Positions 46,526-56,952 of a stretch of 64,000 nucleotides of DNA are shown piece by piece. The DNA is from Acidobacteriota bacterium (GTDB lineage: Bacteria > Acidobacteriota > Thermoanaerobaculia > Gp7-AA8). The stretch spans positions 106,531 to 170,530 of the forward strand of contig QHVT01000007.1 in assembly GCA_003223645.1 (NCBI GenBank), written 5' to 3'. A program made the position numbers and the translations under genes. Position 1 is the stretch's first letter; every line of letters starts with the position of its first letter. The notes under the pieces were generated by a model. The model worked only from the letters and a program-made list of their open reading frames with translations, had not been told where the DNA came from and ran no database searches.

Positions 46526-47896
46526 ATGCGAACGTTGCTCGCCGTCCTCCTCGCTCTTCCGCTCGCGGCACAGACGATTCCCGATCGCCTCGATGAATAC
46601 CTGACCGCGCGCACGCGGCTCGGGCAGTTCAGCGGCGCGGTGCTCGTCGCGCACGAGGGAAAGGTGCTGCTGCGCAAAGGCTACGGCTACGCGAACCTCG
46701 AGCATCTCGTGCCGGTGACGCCGGAGACGAAGTTCGAGATCGCGTCGCTGACGAAGGCGTTCACGGCGTTCGCCGTTCACGATCTCGCGCGGCAGCAGAA
46801 ACTCAAGCTCGACGATCCGTTTTGCCATTACTTCGATGGCTGTCCGGACGCGTGGAAGGCGATCACGATCGCACAGCTCATTCATCACACCTCCGGCATT
46901 CCCGATTACGAGGAAAACCTGGAGATGGGCTCGGAGAAGTATTACTCCGCGCTCGCGCACGACGACTCGGCGAAGACGAACATCGAGTGGGCGCGCACGA
47001 AGCCGCTCGACTTCGCGCCCGGCACGAAATTCAAGTACAGCAACACCGCCTACCTGATCCTCGGCTTCCTCATCGAGAGAGTCTCCGGCAAGTCGTACGA
47101 AGACTTCCTGCGCGAGCGCATCTTCACGCCGCTGAAGATGACGTCGACGATGCACATCGACCGGACGCGCGTGCAGCGGAATCGCGCTGAGGCGTACACG
47201 CATCAGGCGCCGTTGTACGACGTCGTCGGCGGAATCGAGCTCACGTCCGATCATCTGCGGCGCGTCCCCGAGCTGCGGCAGCTGCCGCCGCAGGCCGACG
47301 GCGGTCTCCTCTCGACGATCGACGATCTTCACCAATGGACGCGCGCACTCCTCGGCGACGGCACGCTCGACGCCGCGTTCGTGCGCGAGCTGCTGACGCC
47401 GAACCAGCCCGGCGGCTACGCGTCGGGATGGCTCATCAACAAGCGCTTCGAGCGCGACCGCATCACGCACACCGGCGTCCTGCCGGGCATGGTGTCGGAG
47501 ATCGATCTCTATCCGCATTCGCAGACGATCGTGATCCTGCTCTCGAATCTCGACCGCATTCGCATCGCGAACATCATGCGTGACCTGACGTCGATCGTGT
47601 TCGGAATGCCGTACGACGTCGCGCGCGCACACAAGGTCTCGCACATCGATGCCGCGCATGCCGCGAAATATCTCGGGACGTACAAACTCGACGACGGCCG
47701 CGTGATGGAGATCAAACACGACGCGGAGAACGGCCGGCTCGAGGCGTCGGTGAAGGATCAATTCGTAGCCGGACTGTTGCCGGAGTCGGAGACGCTGTAC
47801 TACGCGCCGATGTGGGAGGGCACGATCTCGTTCGTGAACGGCGCGCTGATCATGCGGCAGGCGGGGAAGGACATTCGAGGGGAGCGGGTGAAGTGA
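46526..47896 (+). CDS. secreted serine hydrolase, beta-lactamase family (paralog-type of 33313..34980)
   Basis: Signal peptide MRTLLAVLLALPLAAQ; SLTKAF (S-x-x-K), YSNTAY (Y-x-N), HTG. Confidence 0.75.
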   Translation: MRTLLAVLLALPLAAQTIPDRLDEYLTARTRLGQFSGAVLVAHEGKVLLRKGYGYANLEHLVPVTPETKFEIASLTKAFTAFAVHDLARQQKLKLDDPFCHYFDGCPDAWKAITIAQLIHHTSGIPDYEENLEMGSEKYYSALAHDDSAKTNIEWARTKPLDFAPGTKFKYSNTAYLILGFLIERVSGKSYEDFLRERIFTPLKMTSTMHIDRTRVQRNRAEAYTHQAPLYDVVGGIELTSDHLRRVPELRQLPPQADGGLLSTIDDLHQWTRALLGDGTLDAAFVRELLTPNQPGGYASGWLINKRFERDRITHTGVLPGMVSEIDLYPHSQTIVILLSNLDRIRIANIMRDLTSIVFGMPYDVARAHKVSHIDAAHAAKYLGTYKLDDGRVMEIKHDAENGRLEASVKDQFVAGLLPESETLYYAPMWEGTISFVNGALIMRQAGKDIRGERVK

Positions 47897-47899
47897 TTT

Positions 47900-48030
47900 G
47901 CTCGCGCGCCCGCGTGATTACTGCCCAGCCCGGGCGCGGGCGCGGGCGCGGGCTCGGGCAGTGACGTGATTTTGCCCGCCCACCCCGGGCGCGGGCTCGG
48001 GCGCGGGCTCGGGCAGGGGCTCGGGAAGTT
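47900..48030. repeat. GC-rich palindromic/microsatellite-like element family E (CGGGCGCGGGCKCGGGC runs), copy 2; copy 1 at 32248-32343
   Basis: Shared core gcccgcccaccccgggcgcggg(c/a)(t/g)cgggc...; inverted arms ctgcccagcccgggcgcgggcgcgggcgcgggctcgggcag. Confidence 0.7.
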
Positions 48031-48086
48031 AGCGCGGAGAGAGCGGATGAAGTGGGGGCGGCTTTGGACTGCGGCAGTCCAAAGAA

Positions 48087-48738
48087 TTACTTGCCGGTGG
48101 CGAGCGCGCCGGTGCGACCGACGACGATGCCGATCAACTCGAATCGACTCGCTTCGACGTCGATCGGCGCGAAGCGGTCGTTGCGGCTGAGGAGGCGCAC
48201 GCGTCCCGCACGCACGTCCAGCACGCGAATGTATTCGACGTCGTCGACGCGGCAGACGACGACGCGGCTGTTTGCTTCGCGTGTTCCGCGCATCGGGCGC
48301 ACGTAGACGACGTCGCCGTCCAGGATTCCGGCTCCGCTCATCGCGTCGCCGGAGGTTTCGTACGCGAGCCGCGCGCCGCGGACGTGATACGCGCGTGGGA
48401 TTTCCGCGCTCGCGGCGAGCGCGTTGGACTCAGGGCGCTCGCGATGCGGCGTCGCGCCGGCGAGCATGTCGTCGAGGAAGCGGACGACTTCGCGCAGCTG
48501 CTTTTGCTCGTCCGTGGAAAGTGAGAAGCCGCGCTCGTCGAGCAGCCATCCGACGCTCTCGTTCAACGCGCGCGCGATGCGGATGACGACGTCGAAGCTC
48601 GGATTCGAAAGCGATGACGTGAGGACGCGGCTGAGGGTCTCCGGCGCGATGCCGGCTTCCTTCGCGATCCAGCTTTGTTTTCGCCCGCTGCGCACGACGG
48701 CATCGCGCAGACGCTTCCGCCAGTCGACCTCTTTCACC
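48087..48738 (-). CDS. LexA-like repressor (XRE-type HTH + S24 peptidase domain); start uncertain (GTG/TTG near 48738)
   Basis: HTH QSWIAKEAGIAPETLSRVL; S24 motifs TSGDAMSGAGILDGD (Ser nucleophile) and downstream Lys; divergent from parC. Confidence 0.6.
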
Positions 48739-48891
48739 AAAAACAATACTGGCGTCGCGGGGAAATGCCAGCTCAGCGTCGCTTTGACCTCCACCCGGGC
48801 AACGTACCTCGGTTCTGCCAAATCGATCAACGCAAACAACCGATTCTTGACGCGTCGAAAGTCTAGTAACGTATAGGAGTCAAAGGACGCG

Positions 48892-51201
48892 ATGGCCACC
48901 CGCAGATCGAAAGACCAGCTTCCCCTCACTCCACCACCGCCGCCCACCATCCCCGACGTCGAAACGCTGGCCGTCGGCGACTTCGCGCGCAAGGCGTACC
49001 TCGACTATTCGATGTACGTCATTCTCGATCGCGCGCTGCCGCACCTCGCGGACGGATTGAAACCGGTGCAGCGGCGCATCATCTACGCGATGTCCGAGCT
49101 CGGCCTCGGGTACACGTCGAAGCCGAAGAAATCCGCGCGCACGGTCGGCGACGTGATCGGCAAGTTTCATCCGCACGGCGACACGGCGTGCTACGACGCG
49201 ATGGTGTTGATGGCGCAGTCGTTCTCGATGCGCTATCCGTTGATCGAAGGACAGGGAAACTGGGGCTCGCCGGACGATCCGAAATCGTTCGCGGCGATGC
49301 GGTACACCGAGGCGAAGCTCGCGAAGTTCGCGCAATCGCTGCTCTCGGAGTTGGAGCAAGGGACGGTCGAGTGGGGACAGAACTTCGACGGCACGCTGAA
49401 AGAGCCGAAGCTGTTGCCGTCGCGACTGCCGCACGTGCTGCTCAACGGCGCGGCCGGCATCGCCGTCGGAATGGCGACCGACATTCCGTCGCACAACCTG
49501 CGCGAGGTCGTCAACGCGTGCATCGAGCTGCTCGACAATCCCGACGCGACGATCGCGCAGCTGACGAAACACATCAAGGGTCCCGACTTTCCGACCGCCG
49601 CCGAGATCATCACGCCGCTGGCGGAGATCCGCGAAATGTACAAGACCGGCCTCGGCTCGATTCGCCAGCGTGCGAAGTGGGACGAAGAAGACGGCAAGAT
49701 CGTGATCTCGGCGCTGCCCGCGGGCGTGTCGGGCGCGAAGGTACAGCAGCAGATCGCGGCGCAGCTGGCGGCGAAGAAGTTGCCGATGGTCGAGGATGTT
49801 CAGGACGAATCGGACCGCGAGGATCCGACGCGTCTCGTCATTTTTCCGCGCTCGAACCGCATCGATCTCAACGAGCTGATGACGCACCTCTTCGCGACGA
49901 CGGACCTGGAGAAGTCGTACCGCGTGAACATGAACATGATCGGCCTCGACGGCCGGCCGCGTCTGTACGCGCTGAAGGATCTGCTGCAGGAATGGCTCGA
50001 GTTCCGGATCGAGACGGTCCGGCGCCGCCTGCAGTATCGCTACGATCAGGTCAACGCGCGGCTGCATCTCCTCGAAGGGTTGATGGTCGCGTACCTCAAC
50101 ATCGACGAGGTGATCCGCATCATCCGCACGGCCGACGATCCGAAGGCCGAGCTGATGAGCCGGTTCAAGCTCACCGAGGCGCAGACCGAGTACATCCTCG
50201 AGCTGAGGCTGCGCTACCTCAACAAGCTGCAGGAGATGGAGATCCGCGGCGAGCAGAAGAAGCTGGAGGACGAGCGCGCGGAGCTCGAGAAAATCCTCGG
50301 GTCGAAAGCGCGTTTGCGCAAGCAGGTGCGCGACGAGCTGCTGCGCGACGTGGAAGAATTCGGCGACAAGCGAGTGTCGCCGATCGTCGAGCGCGAGGCG
50401 GCGAAGGCGATGGACGCGACGGCGCTCATTCCGTCCGAGTCGGTGACGGTGGTGTTGTCGGAGCGCGGATGGGTGCGCGCGGGGAAGGGTCACGACCTCG
50501 ATCCGACCGCGCTGCAATATCGATCGGGCGACGCGTTCCTGCACGCGGCGAAAGGGCGCAGCAACCAGCTCGCGGTCTTCATCGACTCGACGGGACGCAC
50601 GTATTCACTCCCCGCGCACGAATTGCCGTCGGCGAAGAGTCACGGCGAGCCGCTCACGTCGTCGCTCGCGCCTCCCGGCGGCGCGACGTTCATCGGCGTG
50701 ATGATGGGCGAGGCGGATGACTTGTGGCTGCTCACGACCGACGACGGCTACGGATTCGTCGCGCGCCTCGAAGACATGATGACGCGACTGAAGGCAGGCA
50801 AAGCCGTCGTGAACGTCGGCAAAGGGGCGAGCGTGCTGCGGCCGCAGCGCGTTCTCAATTACGAGACGGATTTCATCGCCGCGGCGTCGACGGAAGGGAA
50901 GCTGCTGTTGTTCGAAGCCGCGGAGCTGCCCGTGCTCGCGCGCGGCAAAGGCGTGCAGACGATCAAACTGCACCGCACGCCGATCGCGCCGGAGAAAGTC
51001 GTCGGCACCGCGGTCGTCCCGGCCGGCGGCACACTCGTCGTCCACGCCGGCAAGCGCTACACGAACCTCAAGGGCGGCGATGACCTCGACAGCTACATCG
51101 GCAAACGCGCGCAGCGCGGACTGAAACTGCCGCGCGGGTTCCAGAACGTGAATTTGATTCGCACGTGGAGCGAGCGGGATCGGGCGGAGCCGGTGAATTG
51201 A
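48892..51201 (+). CDS. parC: DNA topoisomerase IV subunit A
   Basis: 769 aa; [44 protein letters not shown], catalytic-Tyr region [10 protein letters not shown]. Confidence 0.9.
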   Translation: MATRRSKDQLPLTPPPPPTIPDVETLAVGDFARKAYLDYSMYVILDRALPHLADGLKPVQRRIIYAMSELGLGYTSKPKKSARTVGDVIGKFHPHGDTACYDAMVLMAQSFSMRYPLIEGQGNWGSPDDPKSFAAMRYTEAKLAKFAQSLLSELEQGTVEWGQNFDGTLKEPKLLPSRLPHVLLNGAAGIAVGMATDIPSHNLREVVNACIELLDNPDATIAQLTKHIKGPDFPTAAEIITPLAEIREMYKTGLGSIRQRAKWDEEDGKIVISALPAGVSGAKVQQQIAAQLAAKKLPMVEDVQDESDREDPTRLVIFPRSNRIDLNELMTHLFATTDLEKSYRVNMNMIGLDGRPRLYALKDLLQEWLEFRIETVRRRLQYRYDQVNARLHLLEGLMVAYLNIDEVIRIIRTADDPKAELMSRFKLTEAQTEYILELRLRYLNKLQEMEIRGEQKKLEDERAELEKILGSKARLRKQVRDELLRDVEEFGDKRVSPIVEREAAKAMDATALIPSESVTVVLSERGWVRAGKGHDLDPTALQYRSGDAFLHAAKGRSNQLAVFIDSTGRTYSLPAHELPSAKSHGEPLTSSLAPPGGATFIGVMMGEADDLWLLTTDDGYGFVARLEDMMTRLKAGKAVVNVGKGASVLRPQRVLNYETDFIAAASTEGKLLLFEAAELPVLARGKGVQTIKLHRTPIAPEKVVGTAVVPAGGTLVVHAGKRYTNLKGGDDLDSYIGKRAQRGLKLPRGFQNVNLIRTWSERDRAEPVN

Positions 51202-51297
51202 CGTGTCATTCCGAGCCGCGCAGACGGCGAGGAATCTCCCGCCTCGCGAGCTGCAGGGGATTCCTCGCCGTCGTTGCGGCTCGGAATGACACGGTGA

Positions 51298-54033
51298 TTA
51301 CAGCTTCTCCGGATCTACCTTCGCGATCTCGCCGAGGTTCAACTCGCGAATCCCTGCCTCCACCTTCTTCAAATCGCCGACGATGATCCAAATCACTTCG
51401 TCGGGATGCACAACTTTTTTCGCGGCGTCGTTCAGATTCGTCTCGGTCAGCGCGCGGATGTTGTTCGCGTATTGGGCGTAGTACTCCTCGGGGCGGCCGG
51501 TGGTGAGCATGCCGATGGCGGCGGCGTTGAGCGAGCCGAGTGTCTCGTACGCGCCGGGGAGCCGCATCACCTGGCTGCGCATGATGCTCGTGAATTCTTC
51601 GCCCTCGATCGGGCGCGCGCCGGCGACGCCGGCGATTTCCTTTTGCACTTCGAGGATCGACTCTTTCGTCTTGTCGGTCTGCACCGGCGCGATCACGAGG
51701 AACGGGCGCGGTCCGCGCGTCGTGTTCAGCGCGCCGCTCGTTCCGTAGCTCCAGTGTTTGTCGAGGCGCAGGTTACGATTGAGGCGCGACGTCGACATGC
51801 CTCCGAAGTTGCGCAGCACGGTTTCAATCGCGAGGTCTTCCGGCAGTCCTCCCGCCTCGGAGACATGCGCCGCGACGACGACGGATTGCGGCGCGTCCGG
51901 CTTGTCGATGAGATACACCTTCTTGCCGGTCGAGCGCGGCACCGCGTCGATCTTCTTCGCCGGCGCCTGTCCCGATTTCCACGACGCGAATGCTTTCTCG
52001 AGCTCGGGCACGAGCTTCTCCATCGTGGTGTCGCCGACGACGACGAGCGTGCTGTTGTTCGGATGGAACCACGCGCGATGCCACGCGACGAGATCGCTGC
52101 GCGTCATCTTCGCGAGCGTCGACGCGTAGCCGGTGCCGGTGAACGGAGTGCCGTACGCGTGGTTCTCGCCGTACAGCAGCAGCGGCGCGATACGCAGTGC
52201 GGCGGTCTGCGGCTGCACCTGTTCCTGCTTGATGCGTGTGATGTGCTGTTGCCGCAGCAGCGACACCTGATCTTCGGGGAATGCCGGATGCAGAACGACG
52301 TCCGAGTAGATCGCGAGCGACGGACCGAGGTTCGTCGATAGCGCGGAGAGGGACACGAACGACAGATCGAGTGAGTTGCTGGTGAAGACCCGCGCGCCGA
52401 TCGCGTCGAGCTCGTCCTGAATCTTGAAAGCGTCGCGCGTATCGGTGCCTTCGTCGAGCACGTCCATCGCGAGACCCGCGAGTCCGGCAGTCTTCGCGCT
52501 GTCCGACGCCGAGCCCGCGTCGACGGTGAGCGTCGCGTTGACGAGCGGCACGTTGTGACGCTCCATCAGCATCACCTTGAGTCCGTTCGACAGCGTGGCG
52601 CGCTGCACTTTCGGGAACTTCACTTCGGGCGCGTCGCCGAGGATGGGGAGGGCTTTGCGATCGAGGCTCGTGCTGCCGGCGCTCAGTTGCGGGAACGGCT
52701 GCACGACCATCGTGTAGTGATTTGTGTCGAGCCACTGCTTCGCGGCCTTCGTCACTTCGGCCGGCGTCGCCGTCGCCATCGTCTGCAGGCGATCGAGGTA
52801 GTAGTTCGGATTGCCGCCGTAGGTCATGCTCTCCGCGAGGACGTCGGCACGGCCGCCGAATGCGCCGAGGCGCTCGGTGCCGCGAACGTAGGCGGCGAGA
52901 TTGCGCGACTGCGCGCGTTTCAGCTCCTCGTCGGTCGGACCGTTTTTTACGAGCTCCGCGACGACCGCGTCGATTTCTTTCTCCACTTCGGCCGGCCGCA
53001 CGCCCGGCTTCACCGTCGCCTGGATGATGAGACCACTCGCGATCTCGCCGTCGGAGATGAACGCGGCGACGTCGGTGGCGAGGTTCTTGTCGTAGATCAG
53101 CCGGCGATCGAGTCGCGCGCTCTTCGATCCGCTCAGCACATCGGCGATGAGCGACACGTATTGCAGCTGCAGGTCCTTCCACGCCGGCGCGTGGTAGAAG
53201 CGATAGACGCGAGCCTGCGGGACGCGGTCGAACATCGAGTCGCGCAGGTTGTGATCGAATTTCGGGATCCACGTTTCGGCTCGCGTGAGTGGCGGTCCGG
53301 GCGCGACGCCGTTAAAGTATTTCTTCACCACCTCGAGCGCGTGCTGCGGGGTGATGTCGCCGGAGAGGACGAGCACGCAGTTGTTCGGACCGTAGTAGGT
53401 CTTGTACCAGTCGCGCACGTCGTCGAGTTGCGCGGCGTTGAGGTCCTCCATGCTGCCGATCGTCGACCATGAATACGGATGCGAGTACGGGTAGACGATC
53501 TCGCTGATGCGATCGTAGACCTTGCCATACGGCTGGTTCTCGCCCTGCCGCTTCTCGTTCTGCACGACGCCGCGCTCGCGCTCGAGCATCTCCTTCGAGA
53601 TCTGTGCGGCGAGGAAGCCCATGCGATCGGCTTCGAGATAGAGCGTGCGTTCGAGCGCGGAGACCGGGACATCCTCGAAGAAATTCGTGCGATCGGTGTT
53701 GGTCGTGCCGTTGCGATTGTTCGCGCCGAGGTCGTCCATCGCCTCGCGAAAGCCGTGCGGATAGTTCTCGCTGCCGTTGAAGAAGAAGTGCTCGAACAAA
53801 TGCGCGAAGCCCGTCTTCCCGCGCTTCTCGTTGCGCGAGCCGACGTGATACCAGAGATTGACCGCGACGATCGGCACGCTGTGGTCCTCGTGCACGAGCA
53901 GCGTGAGCCCGTTGTCGAGCACGAACTTCTCATGCTTTATCTCAAACTGACTGCGGTTGAAGGAGGGCTTCGCCTCCGGAGCAGCGAGCGTCGGGAAGGC
54001 AAGCGTCAGCGCGAGAAAGGCCGCGAATTTCAT
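51298..54033 (-). CDS. secreted M16-family (pitrilysin-like) zinc peptidase, tandem M16 halves
   Basis: Signal peptide MKFAAFLALTLAFPTLA; inverted zinc motif HLFEHFFF (HxxEH); ~910 aa. Confidence 0.85.
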   Translation of the reverse strand: MKFAAFLALTLAFPTLAAPEAKPSFNRSQFEIKHEKFVLDNGLTLLVHEDHSVPIVAVNLWYHVGSRNEKRGKTGFAHLFEHFFFNGSENYPHGFREAMDDLGANNRNGTTNTDRTNFFEDVPVSALERTLYLEADRMGFLAAQISKEMLERERGVVQNEKRQGENQPYGKVYDRISEIVYPYSHPYSWSTIGSMEDLNAAQLDDVRDWYKTYYGPNNCVLVLSGDITPQHALEVVKKYFNGVAPGPPLTRAETWIPKFDHNLRDSMFDRVPQARVYRFYHAPAWKDLQLQYVSLIADVLSGSKSARLDRRLIYDKNLATDVAAFISDGEIASGLIIQATVKPGVRPAEVEKEIDAVVAELVKNGPTDEELKRAQSRNLAAYVRGTERLGAFGGRADVLAESMTYGGNPNYYLDRLQTMATATPAEVTKAAKQWLDTNHYTMVVQPFPQLSAGSTSLDRKALPILGDAPEVKFPKVQRATLSNGLKVMLMERHNVPLVNATLTVDAGSASDSAKTAGLAGLAMDVLDEGTDTRDAFKIQDELDAIGARVFTSNSLDLSFVSLSALSTNLGPSLAIYSDVVLHPAFPEDQVSLLRQQHITRIKQEQVQPQTAALRIAPLLLYGENHAYGTPFTGTGYASTLAKMTRSDLVAWHRAWFHPNNSTLVVVGDTTMEKLVPELEKAFASWKSGQAPAKKIDAVPRSTGKKVYLIDKPDAPQSVVVAAHVSEAGGLPEDLAIETVLRNFGGMSTSRLNRNLRLDKHWSYGTSGALNTTRGPRPFLVIAPVQTDKTKESILEVQKEIAGVAGARPIEGEEFTSIMRSQVMRLPGAYETLGSLNAAAIGMLTTGRPEEYYAQYANNIRALTETNLNDAAKKVVHPDEVIWIIVGDLKKVEAGIRELNLGEIAKVDPEKL

Positions 54034-54087
54034 GCGCGGCATTGTAGGGCGGGGACTTTGGATTGCGGTGACAACGTCACCGCTTTC

Positions 54088-54543
54088 TCACAGCGATTTC
54101 TTGTCCCTCAACTCTTCGAGGCGGCGCACGTCTGGAAGGTCCTTCTCAGCGTTTCCGGTGGCGCGTTTCATCTTGATCAGTTCGTCCACGCCGGCAAATG
54201 CAGTCGGGACACCGAGCAACTCGCTTTCCAGTCGCCCATTCCAGACCTCGTCCCAGGTGACGCCTGGGACGCGACTGTGAACGTCGATGCGCATGAGACC
54301 ACCGAAGGACAGGATGTCTCCGGAGATGAAATCGCGAGGGTCGTATGTCTCTTCGAACGAACCCCACGCGGCAACCGCGCGACGCACTTTTTCCGCGTTC
54401 TCGATCGTCGGTTCGATCAGCACATCAATGTCGCGAGTCGTCCGATACGGGACATGCGCGATCACCGCTATCCCGCCAATCACTACATAGGCCGCGCCTT
54501 CTCTGTTGAGTAGGGTGAGGAAATCGGCAAAGTCCTTCGTCAC
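54088..54543 (-). CDS. minimal nucleotidyltransferase (MNT)-fold protein
   Basis: VVIGGIAVIAHVPYRTTRDIDVLI = hG[GS]-x(n)-D-h-D NTase signature. Confidence 0.55.
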   Translation of the reverse strand: MTKDFADFLTLLNREGAAYVVIGGIAVIAHVPYRTTRDIDVLIEPTIENAEKVRRAVAAWGSFEETYDPRDFISGDILSFGGLMRIDVHSRVPGVTWDEVWNGRLESELLGVPTAFAGVDELIKMKRATGNAEKDLPDVRRLEELRDKKSL

Positions 54544-54948
54544 GTCCGAATCCTCTCACAGCCCACAACGCGTACGCCGTATCCAGCAGCGCCACCATCG
54601 CCTCGATGCGCTCCTCCTGCGTCGCCGCGAGCGCATCCTCGACGTCCTGCCGGACGATCTCCTCCTCGGAGCGAACGAGCGGCATACGGCGAGACTTTGC
54701 GCGTTGATTCGTCATTTGTCCGCCGCGTACGCCAACCCGTCCGGCTCCGTCCCCGTCTCTACTTCTCCGGCGAAAAACGCCGCGGCGAATTTCATGCACG
54801 GCATTGTAGGGCGGGGGCTTTGGACTGCGGTGACAACGTCACCGCTTTTTTGATAGGGCTCCGTGCATGCTCTTGAAAGCGGCGGCGTAGCCGCCGCAGT
54901 CCAAAGGACCCGCCCGCCCCACGGGAGGCGGGCAGGATGCCCGCTCTC

Positions 54949-55734
54949 CTATGAGCTCGGGCGCGTGGTGAAGTAGCGTTTGAGCCACTTCGACAAGCCG
55001 TCGAGTCCGGGGAAGAGCACGCGCTCGGTGATGTTGGCCTGATCGAGTTTGTCGCGGATCTCCCACTTCAATGCCGCGGGGACGATGATGCGCCGGTGGG
55101 TGTCGTCGTGCTGTGCGAGGAGGTCTTCCAGTCGCAGGGAGGCGCTCGACGGCAATGAGAAGAGCGCGAACTGGTTGACGATGCGCTCGTCGAGCGACGG
55201 CGGCTCGAAGAAGAGGACGAAGTCTTCGCGCGCCAGCGCATCGAACGACTCGAGGGTCGTGGCAACGCTGTTCAACAAGTCGGTGGTAAAGATGTTGACG
55301 TCCTCGGCGTCGAGGACTTTGCGCAGCGGGCGGGGGAGGAGGTCGTTGGTCTTGCGATAGTCGACGCACCAGATCGTTGCGTCTTCGTTGAAGTGCGCGA
55401 GCTCGTTGGTCGCGAAGTGCAGCGCGACGTACGGCGAGTACGTCCAGTCGAGAAGCCGCGTCGGCAGTCCGTGATGTTTGGCGAGCGAGAGCCAGTTCCA
55501 CACGAAGTCGCCGTGGACGGCGTTGCGCGCCGCGTATTTGCGGAAGCTCGTGAGGAGGTGCCGTTCGTGCGCCACGAAGTTGCCGGTCTGCAGACTCGTG
55601 TCGAGTCCGTGGCTCGCACGCGGGGCTCCGCGAAACACGAAGTTCGAGCGATGGCGCGAGAGCGAGTCCTGCCAGGAATTGTCGAACAGGGCCTCCTGCA
55701 GCTCGATCCACGTCGATACGCGCGTCTCTCTCAC
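54949..55734 (-). CDS. FRG-domain protein; start uncertain (GTG 55734; track ORF extends to 56064 through antisense of neighbouring gene)
   Basis: NFVFRGAPRASHGL (FRG motif) and downstream WTYSPYVALHFA. Confidence 0.5.
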   Translation of the reverse strand: MRETRVSTWIELQEALFDNSWQDSLSRHRSNFVFRGAPRASHGLDTSLQTGNFVAHERHLLTSFRKYAARNAVHGDFVWNWLSLAKHHGLPTRLLDWTYSPYVALHFATNELAHFNEDATIWCVDYRKTNDLLPRPLRKVLDAEDVNIFTTDLLNSVATTLESFDALAREDFVLFFEPPSLDERIVNQFALFSLPSSASLRLEDLLAQHDDTHRRIIVPAALKWEIRDKLDQANITERVLFPGLDGLSKWLKRYFTTRPSS

Positions 55735-55810
55735 GCCGCCGTCGGCTGCAAGGGGACTGCCGATGTGACGTGGATCACAAAATCGTTGGATTACACTGTT
55801 CGGTACGCCT

Positions 55811-56749
55811 ATGCTCGAACGAATCCGGAACGCGGTGCGTGCGAGCGCAGATGAGAAACCTCTTCCGCGCAAGACGACCGAGGTGCGCTTCGACGGCCTC
55901 GGCCTCCAGGATCCGATCGAGCGCGCGCAGACGCACGAGCCCGCGCTGATCCTCCTCGAGGGCGACTTTCCGGGACAGGTGTTTCGCCTGCGGCAGGGAC
56001 GGCAGATCATCGGACGCCGACCGGAGTGCGACATCCGCCTGCGCGAGCGCGCGGTCAGCGGCATTCACGCGGAGGTCGTGCGTATGCGCGACACCGTCAC
56101 GATCAACGACCTCGCCAGCACCAACGGCACGCTCGTCAACGGCATGCGCATCCGCCATCCGGTTCCGCTGGTCGGCGGCAATCTGCTGAAGGTCGGCAAC
56201 TGCGTGTTCAAGTACGTCGACTCGCTGCTCGACGTCGAGTTCACCGAGGCGCTGCATTCGCGCGGCATCACCGACCAGCTCACCGGCGCTTACAACAAGG
56301 CCTACATCGTCGCGCGGCTCGCGTTTCTGATCGACACGGCCTCGGACACGAAGCCGATGAGTTTGATCACGTTCGACTTCGACAACTTCAAACAGGTGAA
56401 CGATCAGTTCGGACACGCGGCCGGCGACTACGTGCTGCGCGCGACGTCGTCGCTGATCGTCTCGCAGTTCGTGCGGCCGCAGGACGTGTTCGCGCGGACG
56501 GGCGGCGAAGAGTTCGTGATCGTGCTGCCGGAGACGCCGCTCGACGTCGCGACGAAAGTGGCGGAGCGCATCCGGCAGATGTTCGAAGAGAAGACGTTCG
56601 AGTTCGAGGGACAGGAGATCCGGCTCACGTCTTCGTTCGGCGTCTGCAGCCTGACGAGCGCGGTGGAACCGCCGGAGGCGCTGCTCGAGCGCGTCGACGA
56701 TCTGCTGTACCGCTCCAAGCGCGAAGGCCGCAATCGCGTGACGGCGTAG
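55811..56749 (+). CDS. FHA-domain-containing diguanylate cyclase (FHA + GGDEF)
   Basis: FHA core (QIIGRRPECDIRLRERAVSGIHAEV...TNGTLVNG); GGDEF domain with RTGGEEF active site and RxxD-like region. Confidence 0.8.
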   Translation: MLERIRNAVRASADEKPLPRKTTEVRFDGLGLQDPIERAQTHEPALILLEGDFPGQVFRLRQGRQIIGRRPECDIRLRERAVSGIHAEVVRMRDTVTINDLASTNGTLVNGMRIRHPVPLVGGNLLKVGNCVFKYVDSLLDVEFTEALHSRGITDQLTGAYNKAYIVARLAFLIDTASDTKPMSLITFDFDNFKQVNDQFGHAAGDYVLRATSSLIVSQFVRPQDVFARTGGEEFVIVLPETPLDVATKVAERIRQMFEEKTFEFEGQEIRLTSSFGVCSLTSAVEPPEALLERVDDLLYRSKREGRNRVTA

Positions 56750-56950
56750 CGCCTTCCTCGGTCACGCAGTTGCGCGGTCACTCGGTTGCGCGGGGAAGCA
56801 GCGCCGCGCAACCGAGCGACTACGCAACCGAGCAACCGGGTGAGGGCGTAGCGCCTTCCTCGGTTACGCAGTTGCGCGGTCACTCGGTTGCGCGGGGAAG
56901 CAGCGCCGGGCAACTGAGCGACTGCGCAACCGAGCAACCGGGTGAGGGCG
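56747..56950. repeat. 2 x 102-bp tandem direct repeat, each unit with internal dyads
   Basis: Unit agcgccttcctcggtcacgcagttgcgcggtcactcggttgcgcggggaagcagcgccgcgcaaccgagcgactacgcaaccgagcaaccgggtgagggcgt repeated with few mismatches; contains ctcggttgcgcgg...ccgcgcaaccgag 13-bp inverted repeat; fills the whole gap between convergent genes. Confidence 0.85.
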
Positions 56951-56952
56951 AG

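Noticed and set aside
54425-54715. 97-codon ORF overlapping the 5' end of the MNT-fold gene in another frame
   Set aside because: - It overlaps a gene with a canonical N-terminus by ~170 nt.
- No RBS or motif support.
- Possibly a frameshift artefact or chance ORF.
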